Source: a virus (lineage: Duplodnaviria > Caudoviricetes). From it: a stretch of 54,902 nucleotides of DNA. Made by a program: the position numbers and the translations under genes. Below, one piece after another: positions 36,115 through 45,193 of this stretch (position 1 is its first letter; the number at the start of each line of letters is the position of its first letter). The stretch spans positions 1 through 54,902 of IMG/VR virus record IMGVR_UViG_3300030372_004573. One strand, given 5' to 3'. Below the pieces are notes generated by a model. That model saw only the letters and a list, made by a program, of their open reading frames with translations. It was not told where the DNA came from and ran no database searches.

Positions 36115-37277
36115 TAGCTGACGAGTGTCTTAGGTGCAGTGGTGGCTAATAAAGAGTCACGCTTCACAGTTGGAAGTGTGATCAACTTTCCTGCAAGCTC
36201 CTCCAACTCAACTCTACGGCTGAATGATTCAACTTCCTGAGCCATGCGAGTGACTGCGGCCTGCACACCGTACAGGTTAGGCTCTTCATTTTGCATGGCC
36301 ATCTGAGCTATCTTAGTTTCGATGTCGGAGAACTTATTCTCAGCACCAATTCTTTTTACAACCTCAATTGGATCACCAGTGACTTTAGCTTTCTCAGACT
36401 GCCTGAGGATCTCTCCAAATTCCTCATGCTTCTTAGGATCAAGTGCCGCTCTGGTAGCGTCAGCTATAAGTGACCTCAGTGAGGCTAGCTCGGCCTTTCG
36501 GAAGCTATCAGCTTGTAACTGACCGTACTCTTGAGAGATCTTAGAACCCCTGTGCACTTCGCTGAATTCCATATGGGCTTTCTCACCAAACCTGAGACCA
36601 TTAAGGCAATAGTTGTCACACGCAAAAAAGCAGTTCTTAAATTTGCCATCGCCTGTGCCACTGTTGGAAATACTAGTCCCTAAATGTATCTCCCTACCAT
36701 TACCCAAATCGATGACTGGGTGTTTTGTGACAATGTTAAAATAGGTTCGCTCCATTGTGCAACGGCCGCCTAAGATTACATACTCGGTACTATGTTCCTC
36801 AATAACTGGGAGCATAGTTTCAAGAATGAGATCGTCATCTATTGGCTTATAGGTATCACCGCAGAATGCTCTGGCCACATACAGGCCTGCTTCATTTTGC
36901 TGAGACCTAACCAAGAACTTTCTGGAGTCCCTACCAAATTGCTCATTCACAATCCGAGTGAGTAACGGTTTCTGATCAGTTTCCACCAAATGATCACTCA
37001 GTGTGCTGAGTCCCTTAGCCAACTTACCGTACATCTTTTTATTAAAGTGACGATTGGTAGGGAACTCAAACTGAGGCTGGTTTGGATCAGTGTTAGACAA
37101 GTTAAAAGTAAACCGCCTCATATCATCGCTCCAATCAAATCTCATCTGAGAGGAGTGACCAATCAGGTCAACACGCTTTCGAGAGATCTGCTTAAACAAT
37201 TTGTCCAAAGGTCTTACAGCGGCATTCCTGCTACTTGATCTTGGGCTGAGTACGGCTTGTGCATTTTCTATATTCAT
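36114..37277 (-). CDS. DUF932-like protein
   Basis: Pattern RAF..DTYKPIDD...ISNSGTGDG...F.CDNYCLNG...H.G...NLYGVQAAVT recalled for the DUF932 family. Confidence 0.65.
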   Translation of the reverse strand: MNIENAQAVLSPRSSSRNAAVRPLDKLFKQISRKRVDLIGHSSQMRFDWSDDMRRFTFNLSNTDPNQPQFEFPTNRHFNKKMYGKLAKGLSTLSDHLVETDQKPLLTRIVNEQFGRDSRKFLVRSQQNEAGLYVARAFCGDTYKPIDDDLILETMLPVIEEHSTEYVILGGRCTMERTYFNIVTKHPVIDLGNGREIHLGTSISNSGTGDGKFKNCFFACDNYCLNGLRFGEKAHMEFSEVHRGSKISQEYGQLQADSFRKAELASLRSLIADATRAALDPKKHEEFGEILRQSEKAKVTGDPIEVVKRIGAENKFSDIETKIAQMAMQNEEPNLYGVQAAVTRMAQEVESFSRRVELEELAGKLITLPTVKRDSLLATTAPKTLVS

Positions 37278-37336
37278 AATGTTATATTTTGTTTTTCGTT
37301 GTTTGTTTATCAGTTCTAATTGTAAGAGCTGAAGTG

Positions 37337-37410
37337 TGCACCCTGCGTGGATTGTAGTGCAAAAATATGCTGCCTATTTTCTCCGTACAGGGTGCAGTGT
37401 TCAGTGCTCA
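37337..37410 (-). repeat. Early-region intergenic stem-loop repeat
   Basis: TGCACCCTG/CAGGGTGCA arms plus GTGTTCAGTGCTCA. Related copies at 35504-35551, 39353-39395 and 40143-40219. Confidence 0.75.
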
Positions 37411-37926
37411 CTATCCCTTTATCTGTCTGGCCTTATTGATTTTCCGATTGCTTATCTCGATTCGGTTCTCAGGTTGCAGTTCACCCTCCATACCATCGTA
37501 CTTAACGTAGAGCTGTGCGTACTTAGCGAAAGCCTGCTTGTAGGTTTCGAAGATAAAGCCCTCTTCATATTCTGAGTCGAAGATATCTCCATCAGATCCG
37601 CATTTATCTATGCGTAGATCCACAATGAAACCTTCACTAGGATCACGGTGTAACGTCAATACGTATTCGTAAGTGAACCACACCTCCTGATGTGATAGTG
37701 CATTACTTGGTGATTCTTTACCCTCTAAGGAATTGAACCAAACATTAGGGCTAGAGGTCTTTAATTCTAGCTCTTCAACGCTTGGGGGCTCAATTAATGA
37801 GCAGTCCTCATCAGGGTTATCGAACACCATAACTTTGTTCTCAGAATCATGTTTATAGTTACCGTGCTCATCTACTAGAGCCCAACTCAAGTCCCAAACT
37901 ATGGGTGTGTATTTTATATCTTTCAT
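37411..37926 (-). CDS. Hypothetical acidic early protein
   Basis: 171-aa ORF with an A-rich leader. Confidence 0.65.
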   Translation of the reverse strand: MKDIKYTPIVWDLSWALVDEHGNYKHDSENKVMVFDNPDEDCSLIEPPSVEELELKTSSPNVWFNSLEGKESPSNALSHQEVWFTYEYVLTLHRDPSEGFIVDLRIDKCGSDGDIFDSEYEEGFIFETYKQAFAKYAQLYVKYDGMEGELQPENRIEISNRKINKARQIKG

Positions 37927-37934
37927 ATTTTGTT

Positions 37935-38198
37935 TTAGTTATTTGTTAGAGACTCATCCACAATCTCAATATCCCCATTATCTATGCTCACTTGAGCCAC
38001 TCCGTTCGATAGAAGGAAGTCCTTAGCCTTCTTTGTATTTTCAAATACCAAGCAGTCATCATTGTCATCCAGTGCGTACTGGTAGCCATTAAGACCGACT
38101 ACACCGTCTCGGCAAATTAATGTTCTAATTACTTTCATCATAATTTTTTCCTTAGCTGAAATCCTGAGCTCTTGCCACCCAAGGGTTTGACTCTTCAC
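37935..38198 (-). CDS. Hypothetical early protein
   Basis: GLNGYQYALDD...FEN...A pattern. The true start is probably the later MMKV, which avoids overlap with the upstream gene. Confidence 0.6.
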   Translation of the reverse strand: MKSQTLGWQELRISAKEKIMMKVIRTLICRDGVVGLNGYQYALDDNDDCLVFENTKKAKDFLLSNGVAQVSIDNGDIEIVDESLTNN

Positions 38199-39054
38199 TG
38201 ACTGAGTCCCAATTCACTCTGTTATAATCGAAGCCCCAGTTTGAGTAGTCGATGTTGTTATACTTGCGATGGCTGACAGGATATACAGGCTTTCGATTCT
38301 GATTGCCCTCCGTGCCGTTGCCACCCAAGTAGAGTACAGGGTTGACTGGGAAGCACCATGTTGCTCCGCCTTGGCCTTGGCCACATATCGGTAGTATCCT
38401 AATAGTACCCTCACGTTCCTTATAGCCATAGCGTCCCTCAGCCTTAGTCGTTACAGTGTGGCCTTCATAGCCAGTCTGCATCATGATGGCGTGAAGCCAC
38501 TCCTTATGCTTGGAAAGGCCACCGTATGATAACTTGCCGCATCCAATAGTGTAGAGGGCTGTTGAGCCTTTAGGCATTGAGTACTCAGCTAGCAGTCTCG
38601 GCAAGCGTCCGTACTTGTTTCCTCTAGGTGGTAGCACCGCCAACACTTTGGCTTCTCGGTAAGCCTGATTAATGAAAACATTAAACCTATCTCCTGCTAC
38701 TCTCTTCAGGAGCCAAGCAAGACCTGCATACTTATAACGTGAAGCAGGACATGATTCTGGTAGGAACGGTTTCACACTTTCAAACACCTCATCATTATAG
38801 AGAGGTGCCAGTTTAGTTTTCTCATCACAGTCGATTGCATCACCCAACTTTCTCATAGCCTCATAGGCCTCAAGATAGGTCGGATGGAGCTCTGAATGTT
38901 CCTCCTCTACATCAATCATATCCCCCGATATAGCATCAAGGTTTTCCGTTCTAACGATTACCCTGTAGTGACCGCTTACTTGATCCTTTGTTAGATCTAA
39001 AACAAACCCTTTAACGATTTGTTGCTCTTCATTTATACTGATTATGTTTTCCAT
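38152..39054 (-). CDS. Hypothetical early protein
   Basis: 300-aa ORF with no recognisable motif. Confidence 0.7.
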   Translation of the reverse strand: MENIISINEEQQIVKGFVLDLTKDQVSGHYRVIVRTENLDAISGDMIDVEEEHSELHPTYLEAYEAMRKLGDAIDCDEKTKLAPLYNDEVFESVKPFLPESCPASRYKYAGLAWLLKRVAGDRFNVFINQAYREAKVLAVLPPRGNKYGRLPRLLAEYSMPKGSTALYTIGCGKLSYGGLSKHKEWLHAIMMQTGYEGHTVTTKAEGRYGYKEREGTIRILPICGQGQGGATWCFPVNPVLYLGGNGTEGNQNRKPVYPVSHRKYNNIDYSNWGFDYNRVNWDSVSEESNPWVARAQDFS

Positions 39055-39063
39055 GTCGGTTAT

Positions 39064-39309
39064 CTATTGGTTACTGGAAGTCCCTACCAAGTAAGGTGTC
39101 TGAACTTTTAATATGTCACCTGTACTAACTTCCATTTCATAGGAGATAGGAGCACAGCCTTGGGTTACTACGTTTTCAACCTTCACTGTATCGCAAGCGA
39201 TGATATCGGTAACCGTACCGAATAGGTTAAAGGTAAGAACCGTATCATCATCATCATGACGCACGGAGTGATTAAAGGTGATAAAGTCACCGAGCTTAAT
39301 TGCTTTCAT
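39064..39309 (-). CDS. Small beta-rich (SH3-like) hypothetical protein
   Basis: IKLGDFITF...GTVTDI pattern. Confidence 0.55.
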   Translation of the reverse strand: MKAIKLGDFITFNHSVRHDDDDTVLTFNLFGTVTDIIACDTVKVENVVTQGCAPISYEMEVSTGDILKVQTPYLVGTSSNQ

Positions 39310-39352
39310 ATTTCGTTGTTTAGTTATTTGTTAGACAATGACCGATTAGCCA

Positions 39353-39395
39353 CTGAGTTATGTACCCTGCACATCGTACAGGGTACAGTGCTCAG
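39353..39395 (-). repeat. Early-region intergenic stem-loop repeat
   Basis: On the - strand, CTGAG-CAC-TGTACCCTGTAC-GAT-GTGCAGGGTACA-TAA-CTCAG (12-bp inner stem), immediately after a stop codon. Confidence 0.8.
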
Positions 39396-39398
39396 GGG

Positions 39399-40022
39399 TT
39401 AAGCAATCTGCTCTCGATAACTTTTAACTCTCTCGATACCCTCTTTGTACTCAGTCCACCACACGGTCTCCTGCCATCTAATATTCATATCCGTCTTGGA
39501 CTCATGACTATAAAATGAGAGTACACGGTCAGCTAACCAAATAAGGAAGTCGGGGTCAAACTTGAGCTCTGCAACTGGAGCCGATACACGGTAGCTCGCT
39601 TGCAATTCAGTCGGCTCACAACCGTGCTCACAAGTCATAGGTGTTGCATCAACCCATAGCTCCACTAAGGAGTATCCTTTGGCTATGGCTTCAGCTAACT
39701 CAAACCACTGCTCATTCATCACTCCGTGAGCGAAGAAATTATAAAGGAAGTTAGCAGAGGCTCTACTATGAGACTTAATGCTTCTATCCGTGAGGCATGA
39801 CTTTGTAATTGTGCTAGTGTCGAGCACATGGGTTGCGGTCTCGGCCTTAAACGTAAGGGATAGTTGGTAGTCAAACTTAACAAGCTGACCGCTGAGTAGC
39901 TCAAGAACCTCTTTTCTCTCAGCAGTGAATAGCCTCATAAACTTTCCGAAGTTACCGCCACTACGTGTGACAGGAACGGATGGATAATAGCGAGGGGTAA
40001 TAGTAGGATTTAGTTGTTTCAT
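39399..40022 (-). CDS. Hypothetical protein, first gene of the early operon
   Basis: 207-aa ORF downstream of a near-consensus promoter. Confidence 0.7.
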   Translation of the reverse strand: MKQLNPTITPRYYPSVPVTRSGGNFGKFMRLFTAERKEVLELLSGQLVKFDYQLSLTFKAETATHVLDTSTITKSCLTDRSIKSHSRASANFLYNFFAHGVMNEQWFELAEAIAKGYSLVELWVDATPMTCEHGCEPTELQASYRVSAPVAELKFDPDFLIWLADRVLSFYSHESKTDMNIRWQETVWWTEYKEGIERVKSYREQIA

Positions 40023-40055
40023 AATTTCGTTGTTTTGAATTCTGGGTTAGCCACC

Positions 40056-40083
40056 AGTCTAGTATTTTTAGCCGAATCGTCAA
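40056..40083 (-). promoter_or_regulatory. Sigma70-like early promoter
   Basis: TTGACG-16-TAGACT upstream of the 40022 start. Confidence 0.6.
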
Positions 40084-40705
40084 CCATCAACATGAGGGAA
40101 ACTTATTAGTTAAATCTCTACGGATTGTCAGGAGAGTTTTAGGAGCACTGATTCCTGTACCCTGTACAATGGCCAATTGGTCACCGTAGAGGGCTCAGTT
40201 ATTCACCGTACAGGGTTCAACTTGGGATGTATCAATATCAAATCATCTCCTAAATCTGGATAGGTGGAGCCGCTCAGGATTTTGAACTGAACACTGAACA
40301 GTGAATCAGGGTTAATTGTACAGAACTCCTTAAGGGTGAACAAGTTGAAGTGGAATCCGTAACTTCTGACAATATGTGTAACAAAGAATAGAGGGGTCAA
40401 AGATACGCCACTGGGGGTGGGGGAGGTTTTTGGGTGGACTGCCCTACTACATATCACCCTTTGTGAAAAAATTAATGGAAAATTCCGAAGCCCCCTTTAA
40501 AGGGTAGGCGGTTTGCGTGAGCGGTCGCTCAAATACTCAAAGGAGCGGGCGTAAATAAGCGGTGAAAACAGGGAGCCGCTTAAAAAGTATAGTTAATAAT
40601 ATTTAAATAAAAAGTTTGCAATATCAAGGGGGCCGAGATAACGTACATATTAAAAACACAGACAGGGGGTACCCCCTCCCCTCCGAAACCTTTCTATATA
40701 CGTCA

Positions 40706-40749
40706 CGCACTTTCTACTGTACAGTGGAAATAGCGTGAGGTTCTAAAGA
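40706..40749. repeat. Palindromic repeat element, copy 2
   Basis: TCACGC-AC-TTTCTACTGTACAGTGGAAA-TA-GCGTGA hairpin starting at 40703. 43/44 identical to 13021-13064. Confidence 0.95.
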
Positions 40750-40783
40750 GAGTTATATATAAGGAGGGGGGCTACTAACAACT

Positions 40784-41227
40784 ATGACTAAAACCATTCC
40801 ATATGCTACGAATTACGAGATTGATCGAGAGTACAATTTATTTAATCGAGGTAGGCAAGTGAAGCTGTCGGACAAAGGGTCTAGCAAGTTCGCTAACATC
40901 TATTGTGATGACGGTACTAGGAAATATATTAAGGCTTCGAAATTGGTTGAGGATGCCTTTGGAGAGCCCCGACGGGAGCTCACTCCCGATATTGTGCTTA
41001 ACACCCTCAGGGCTCGTCGTGTTCCAAGCTGGCCCCGATATGCTGTTACTAACTACGGGGCTGTATATTGCATAACACCCCCTACAAGAGGGAAAGGGGC
41101 CCGTGGATGTTTCCTTGTTAAGGAAAGACTGTTGAGGGGAACCCCCTATGTTTCTTTGTATGACTACGGGGGCCAGAGGAGAACCATTAAAGTTGATGAT
41201 CTTGTAGACTCCACATGGAATTATTAG
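40784..41227 (+). CDS. Tandem NUMOD4-like domain protein without an HNH domain
   Basis: Two repeats: IPYATNYEIDREYNLF...FANIY.DDG.RK...KLV and VPSWPRYAVTNYGAVY...YVSLY..GG.RR...DLV. Confidence 0.6.
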   Translation: MTKTIPYATNYEIDREYNLFNRGRQVKLSDKGSSKFANIYCDDGTRKYIKASKLVEDAFGEPRRELTPDIVLNTLRARRVPSWPRYAVTNYGAVYCITPPTRGKGARGCFLVKERLLRGTPYVSLYDYGGQRRTIKVDDLVDSTWNY

Positions 41228-41230
41228 CCC

Positions 41231-41259
41231 TTGATGGTTCTAATATTTAGAACTAAATT
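41231..41259 (+). promoter_or_regulatory. Portal promoter with a palindromic 17-bp spacer
   Basis: TTGATG-GTTCTAATATTTAGAAC-TAAATT, with ATG 8 nt later. Confidence 0.6.
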
Positions 41260-41267
41260 TACTATAT

Positions 41268-43493
41268 ATGTCTGAGAAGTACGATATTGAAGCACTAGAT
41301 GAATTAGGGTCTTTAAATGAAAAAGGGGAACCAGTAGCAAGCCGCTTAAAAGATGTTAAAAGTGCTATTTCTATTTTTAATGGTTTATTGAAAGCTGACG
41401 AGAAGTCAGCCGTAAATAGAGCCCGTGTAGATGCGATGTTTGACGGAGCAAGTCCTTATAATCAAGGAGGACTAAATGCAAGTGGTCAGGGATTGAAAAC
41501 AAACTTAAACTTTGGTGAAGGCCAAAGACTGCTCGATGTATCCCTTTCAGCGTATGTTGATTTATATTCGTCGTTAGAGAAACTTGTAGAAGTGAAGGGG
41601 ACGATGGGAGATCCTTCTGAGACGGGTTATTTTGAAGATGTTGTTTCTGAAGAAATAACTCATCTTTTAAGAAACTGGCCTGAGTTTCATAGTAGTTATT
41701 TGAGGCTGTGTACGACATTCATAAAACATGGGGTAGCTTTTTCTTACTTTGATAACCCTGATGAGTGGAGGTTTAAAATTGGTTCCTTTGCAGACATTTT
41801 AATTCCAAGGCAAACACCCGCTAACGAAAATTGTATTGATGTAGCTGTAGGTCGTAGGAAGTATCTTCTGCATGAACTTTTTGCTTTTATTAAAAACCCT
41901 GAAGCAGCAGCAAAAGTAGGTTGGGATATAGAAGAAGTAAAAAGAGTTATTTTAAAGAATGCCTCTACAAGTTCTAATAGACAGGGGTCTTCATATTCTG
42001 CGGGACATGATTGGGAAAATATACAAAAACAATTGAAAAACAATGACATCTATGAAGGGTATCAAAATCCTTCGGTGTCGGTACTACATTTTTGGGTAAG
42101 GGAGATGGATGGGACGGTCAGCCATTATATGGCTGCTGAGGAATCCCCTAAGTCTTTTCTGTATGAAAAGAAAAGTAGGTATGACAAACCTGAGCAAGCT
42201 TACATATTATTTACATATGGCACAGGTAGTAACGGAACCTATCACTCGATAAGGGGTTTGGGGCATAGGATATTTAATCACATACAGACGAGCAATCGTT
42301 TACGTTGTCAGATGATAGACGGAGCGATGTTAGGCTCTGCTGTAATGATCCAGCCTGAAAGCCAGCGAGCAATGGATGAATTGGGTTTTACTTACTACGG
42401 TGCATATGCGGTACTATCTCCGAACGTAAATATTATTGAGAAGGCCGTTCCAAATCTCAGCACTGCTGTACAACCAGCACTGAACGATATATCCACACAA
42501 TTAGCCCTGAACACTGATACAGTGAGCAGTTATGGGTCTCAACAGAGTTCACCATACAGGAATCAGATGCAGGTGATCAGTGATATGGATGTGCAGACTA
42601 GATTGTCTGGTGCATCATTAAATTTATTTTATGCCTCATGGAACAGACTATTAAGAGAAATTGTGAGGCGAGTTGTTACAAGTAACAGGAGGGACAGAGA
42701 TCTGGATGACTTTTATGCCCGTTGTTTTAAGAGAGGTGTCCCTGTTGAGTTTGTTAAGTCTTTAGACCTAGAAAGAACAAAAGCTGTTAGGTCTATAGGA
42801 AATGGTTCCTACGCAAACAGATTAGTTGCTTTACGTGAATTACAGGGCATCAGTGGATCATTTGATGAAGTTGGAAGAAGAAATCTTACTAGGGATATTG
42901 TTGCTACTCGTGTCGGTCATGACTTGGCTGATCGTTATGCTCCAAATATGGTAGAACCAAGAGAATCTGTAGATAATAAAATAGCTATTCTTGAGAACCA
43001 GCAGTTAACAGAGGGGACACCTATACCAGTTATCACAACAGAAATGCATGGGGCTCACTTACAGGCACACGCTCCTGTTTTGATGCAACTGATTGAGCAA
43101 TTAAATGCGGGAGCCGCTGAACCTGTACAATCATTGCCCGCTCTTCAAGCTTTCTACCAGCATATTTCAGAGACTGTACAGCAAATAGCAGGCGATCCAG
43201 CATCCGAAGGACTAATAGCAGAAGCTAAACAGATACTACAGTATGCTGAAGAAATGATAAATAACACTTCTAAGCAGGTTCAAAAGATTCAAAGAGAAGC
43301 CCAAGCATCTGAAGGAGCGGAAAACCAAGGCGTGTCAGCAATGGAGGGTAAGATACAGGAGCATCAATTAAAACTCCAAATGGCTAAAGAAAAAGCAGAC
43401 CTAGACATACAACTTAAAAAAGCAAAGTTTGACCAAGAGCAAGCGATGAGAGACGCAGAAAATGTGTTGAAAATGCGTGAGAGTATGTCATAA
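41268..43493 (+). CDS. Portal protein
   Basis: 741 aa, first large gene of the head module. Portal-like features include NxNFGE, FIKHGVA, RGLG.RI and a C-terminal Gln-rich coiled coil (barrel). Followed by scaffold and capsid genes. Confidence 0.8.
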   Translation: MSEKYDIEALDELGSLNEKGEPVASRLKDVKSAISIFNGLLKADEKSAVNRARVDAMFDGASPYNQGGLNASGQGLKTNLNFGEGQRLLDVSLSAYVDLYSSLEKLVEVKGTMGDPSETGYFEDVVSEEITHLLRNWPEFHSSYLRLCTTFIKHGVAFSYFDNPDEWRFKIGSFADILIPRQTPANENCIDVAVGRRKYLLHELFAFIKNPEAAAKVGWDIEEVKRVILKNASTSSNRQGSSYSAGHDWENIQKQLKNNDIYEGYQNPSVSVLHFWVREMDGTVSHYMAAEESPKSFLYEKKSRYDKPEQAYILFTYGTGSNGTYHSIRGLGHRIFNHIQTSNRLRCQMIDGAMLGSAVMIQPESQRAMDELGFTYYGAYAVLSPNVNIIEKAVPNLSTAVQPALNDISTQLALNTDTVSSYGSQQSSPYRNQMQVISDMDVQTRLSGASLNLFYASWNRLLREIVRRVVTSNRRDRDLDDFYARCFKRGVPVEFVKSLDLERTKAVRSIGNGSYANRLVALRELQGISGSFDEVGRRNLTRDIVATRVGHDLADRYAPNMVEPRESVDNKIAILENQQLTEGTPIPVITTEMHGAHLQAHAPVLMQLIEQLNAGAAEPVQSLPALQAFYQHISETVQQIAGDPASEGLIAEAKQILQYAEEMINNTSKQVQKIQREAQASEGAENQGVSAMEGKIQEHQLKLQMAKEKADLDIQLKKAKFDQEQAMRDAENVLKMRESMS

Positions 43494-43499
43494 AGATGT

Positions 43500-43829
43500 G
43501 TGGTTACTAAAAAAGCAGAAAAAACAAAAAAGATTTCACTTCCGATCCCCTTGGACGTATGGTTTAAGGATGCAAAAAAAATTGATGAGCTCCAGACTAT
43601 CTTGGGATCTGAGGCTTTCCAGACGGCAGTTGCAACGCTTAAAGAAATTGCAGGGCCCACTAATGGAGGAATTGCAGGAGACTCCTTCGCAGTTAGTCAG
43701 CGGTATGCTTGGTATGCAGGGTATCGTGATGCTTTCAATGATCTTCATAAATTAACGAAGTACAGAAGTAATAACCAACCAGCAAAAACACAAGAAGAAT
43801 GGACTCACATTCAGACACCACAACAATAG
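43500..43829 (+). CDS. Small protein between portal and scaffold
   Basis: Helical 109-aa ORF (YAWYAGYRDAFNDL) in a typical post-portal position. Confidence 0.6.
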   Translation: MVTKKAEKTKKISLPIPLDVWFKDAKKIDELQTILGSEAFQTAVATLKEIAGPTNGGIAGDSFAVSQRYAWYAGYRDAFNDLHKLTKYRSNNQPAKTQEEWTHIQTPQQ

Positions 43830-44980
43830 ACGCTCCGTCCGTAGAAAATATACCCGCACAAGAAACAGATTCTAGCAATTCTAGTTTTTTTGATGCTATT
43901 GAAGATGCTTTAAGCGGAGAGAAGCCAGAGCAAGTACAACCTGAAGCACAACCTGAAGCACAACCTGAGGCACAACCTGAGGCACAACCTGAGGCACAAC
44001 CTGAGCAAGCTAAGGAATCTTCAAGCACAGAAGAAAGTGCTGACCAGCCTGAAGTTGATTTAATAGAACAATTAACTGAAGACGTGGGGGATGAGTGGAC
44101 TCCTAAAGCGGCTAATAGATTTAAGCAATTAAAGACGGAGCTTAAATCAAACAGATCCGAGCTAGAACAGTTACAACAAACTGTTAAGCAACAAGAGCAA
44201 CAAATTTCAGAAATGAAAGGTCTGACGGAGTCTGAAGATTTAGAGCAGATGAGAGAAAGAATAGCTGAGTTTGAAAAAATTCAAGCTGTTGAAAACTTAG
44301 AAGAAACAAAAGCGTATACTGAAGCAGTATCCGAACCTTTAGATGCCGTTTTTAATGTTTTAAATACTTTAGCGGAAAAGTACGATGTTGATCCTGACCA
44401 TATATTAGATGCTTTAGATAATGATTCTACAGAAGAACAGGACGAAAAAATATCCGAATTATTCTATGGGGCTACTGATAGAGATAAGGTAAAGATTTAT
44501 AAAGCTATTGAAGAAATAGACCCTATCCTTGAGCGGAGAGAGGAGCTGCATAAAAATGCAAAAGATGCCTTGAATGAAGCAAACTATTTAGAAGAGCAAA
44601 AAAGAAATGCTATATCAGCGGAACAACTAAAACAGCGTCAAGCAGTTACAGACAATGTTGTAGATAGAGTTTTAGAAAAGCTGCCTTTTTTAAATGGCCT
44701 TGAGATTGACATGGATGCAGTAAAAGAAAAAGCTTTTAGCACATCCCCTGATGTTATACACCCTGTTGATTATGCTTATAATTCGGTAGCTGCCCAATTA
44801 CTACCTAAAATTGTGCAAGAGTATTTTCAAACAATTAAAGAAAATGAGTCTTTAACAGACAGGTTGTCAGAATTCGAGAATGCAGAACCTAGTATTTCTG
44901 GGAGGGGCCCTGATGGAGGTACGAGCCCTGCGGGGAATTTAGATTTTGCTTCAGCGATTGAGGCAGCTCTTAGAGCATAA
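43799..44980 (+). CDS. Capsid scaffolding protein
   Basis: Acidic, disordered N-terminus with QPEA repeats, ANRFKQL followed by coiled coil, and a C-terminal amphipathic helix. Lies between portal and capsid genes. Confidence 0.75.
   Translation: MDSHSDTTTIDAPSVENIPAQETDSSNSSFFDAIEDALSGEKPEQVQPEAQPEAQPEAQPEAQPEAQPEQAKESSSTEESADQPEVDLIEQLTEDVGDEWTPKAANRFKQLKTELKSNRSELEQLQQTVKQQEQQISEMKGLTESEDLEQMRERIAEFEKIQAVENLEETKAYTEAVSEPLDAVFNVLNTLAEKYDVDPDHILDALDNDSTEEQDEKISELFYGATDRDKVKIYKAIEEIDPILERREELHKNAKDALNEANYLEEQKRNAISAEQLKQRQAVTDNVVDRVLEKLPFLNGLEIDMDAVKEKAFSTSPDVIHPVDYAYNSVAAQLLPKIVQEYFQTIKENESLTDRLSEFENAEPSISGRGPDGGTSPAGNLDFASAIEAALRA
43937..44005 (+). repeat. 12-bp coding tandem repeat CAACCTGARGCA x5.75 (QPEA)
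   Basis: Directly visible in the sequence. Confidence 0.95.
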
Positions 44981-44993
44981 CCAAAGAAAAAAC

Positions 44994-45191
44994 ATGAAAA
45001 GAATAGCATTAATAATAAGTGTCATTCCATTATTACTCTGTGGTGTTTCTTGTAGTACATTAAACACTGGAGCAGGTATTAACGTACCCTTTACAGATAA
45101 TGGTAGTGGAGAACCTGTGAAAGTCTCTTTAGAGGTTAACGCAAAAGTTCTCCCTCCTAAATTCTGCATAGGTTTAGATATAAAGGAATAG
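44994..45191 (+). CDS. Small lipoprotein
   Basis: MKRIALIISVIPLLLCGVS-C signal peptide with lipobox. ATG at 44994 follows an A-rich leader. Confidence 0.65.
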   Translation: MKRIALIISVIPLLLCGVSCSTLNTGAGINVPFTDNGSGEPVKVSLEVNAKVLPPKFCIGLDIKE

Positions 45192-45193
45192 AT

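Noticed and set aside
40203-40457. 84-aa minus-strand ORF in the divergent control region
   Set aside because: Overlaps repeat motifs, has atypical composition and lies upstream of the early promoter.
43477-43755. Alternative 92-aa ORF overlapping the portal end
   Set aside because: The 43500-43829 frame fits the operon packing and looks more protein-like.
43735-44028. Cys-rich CASG-repeat ORF resembling a metallothionein or RiPP precursor
   Set aside because: It is the reverse complement of the scaffold QPEA tandem repeat.
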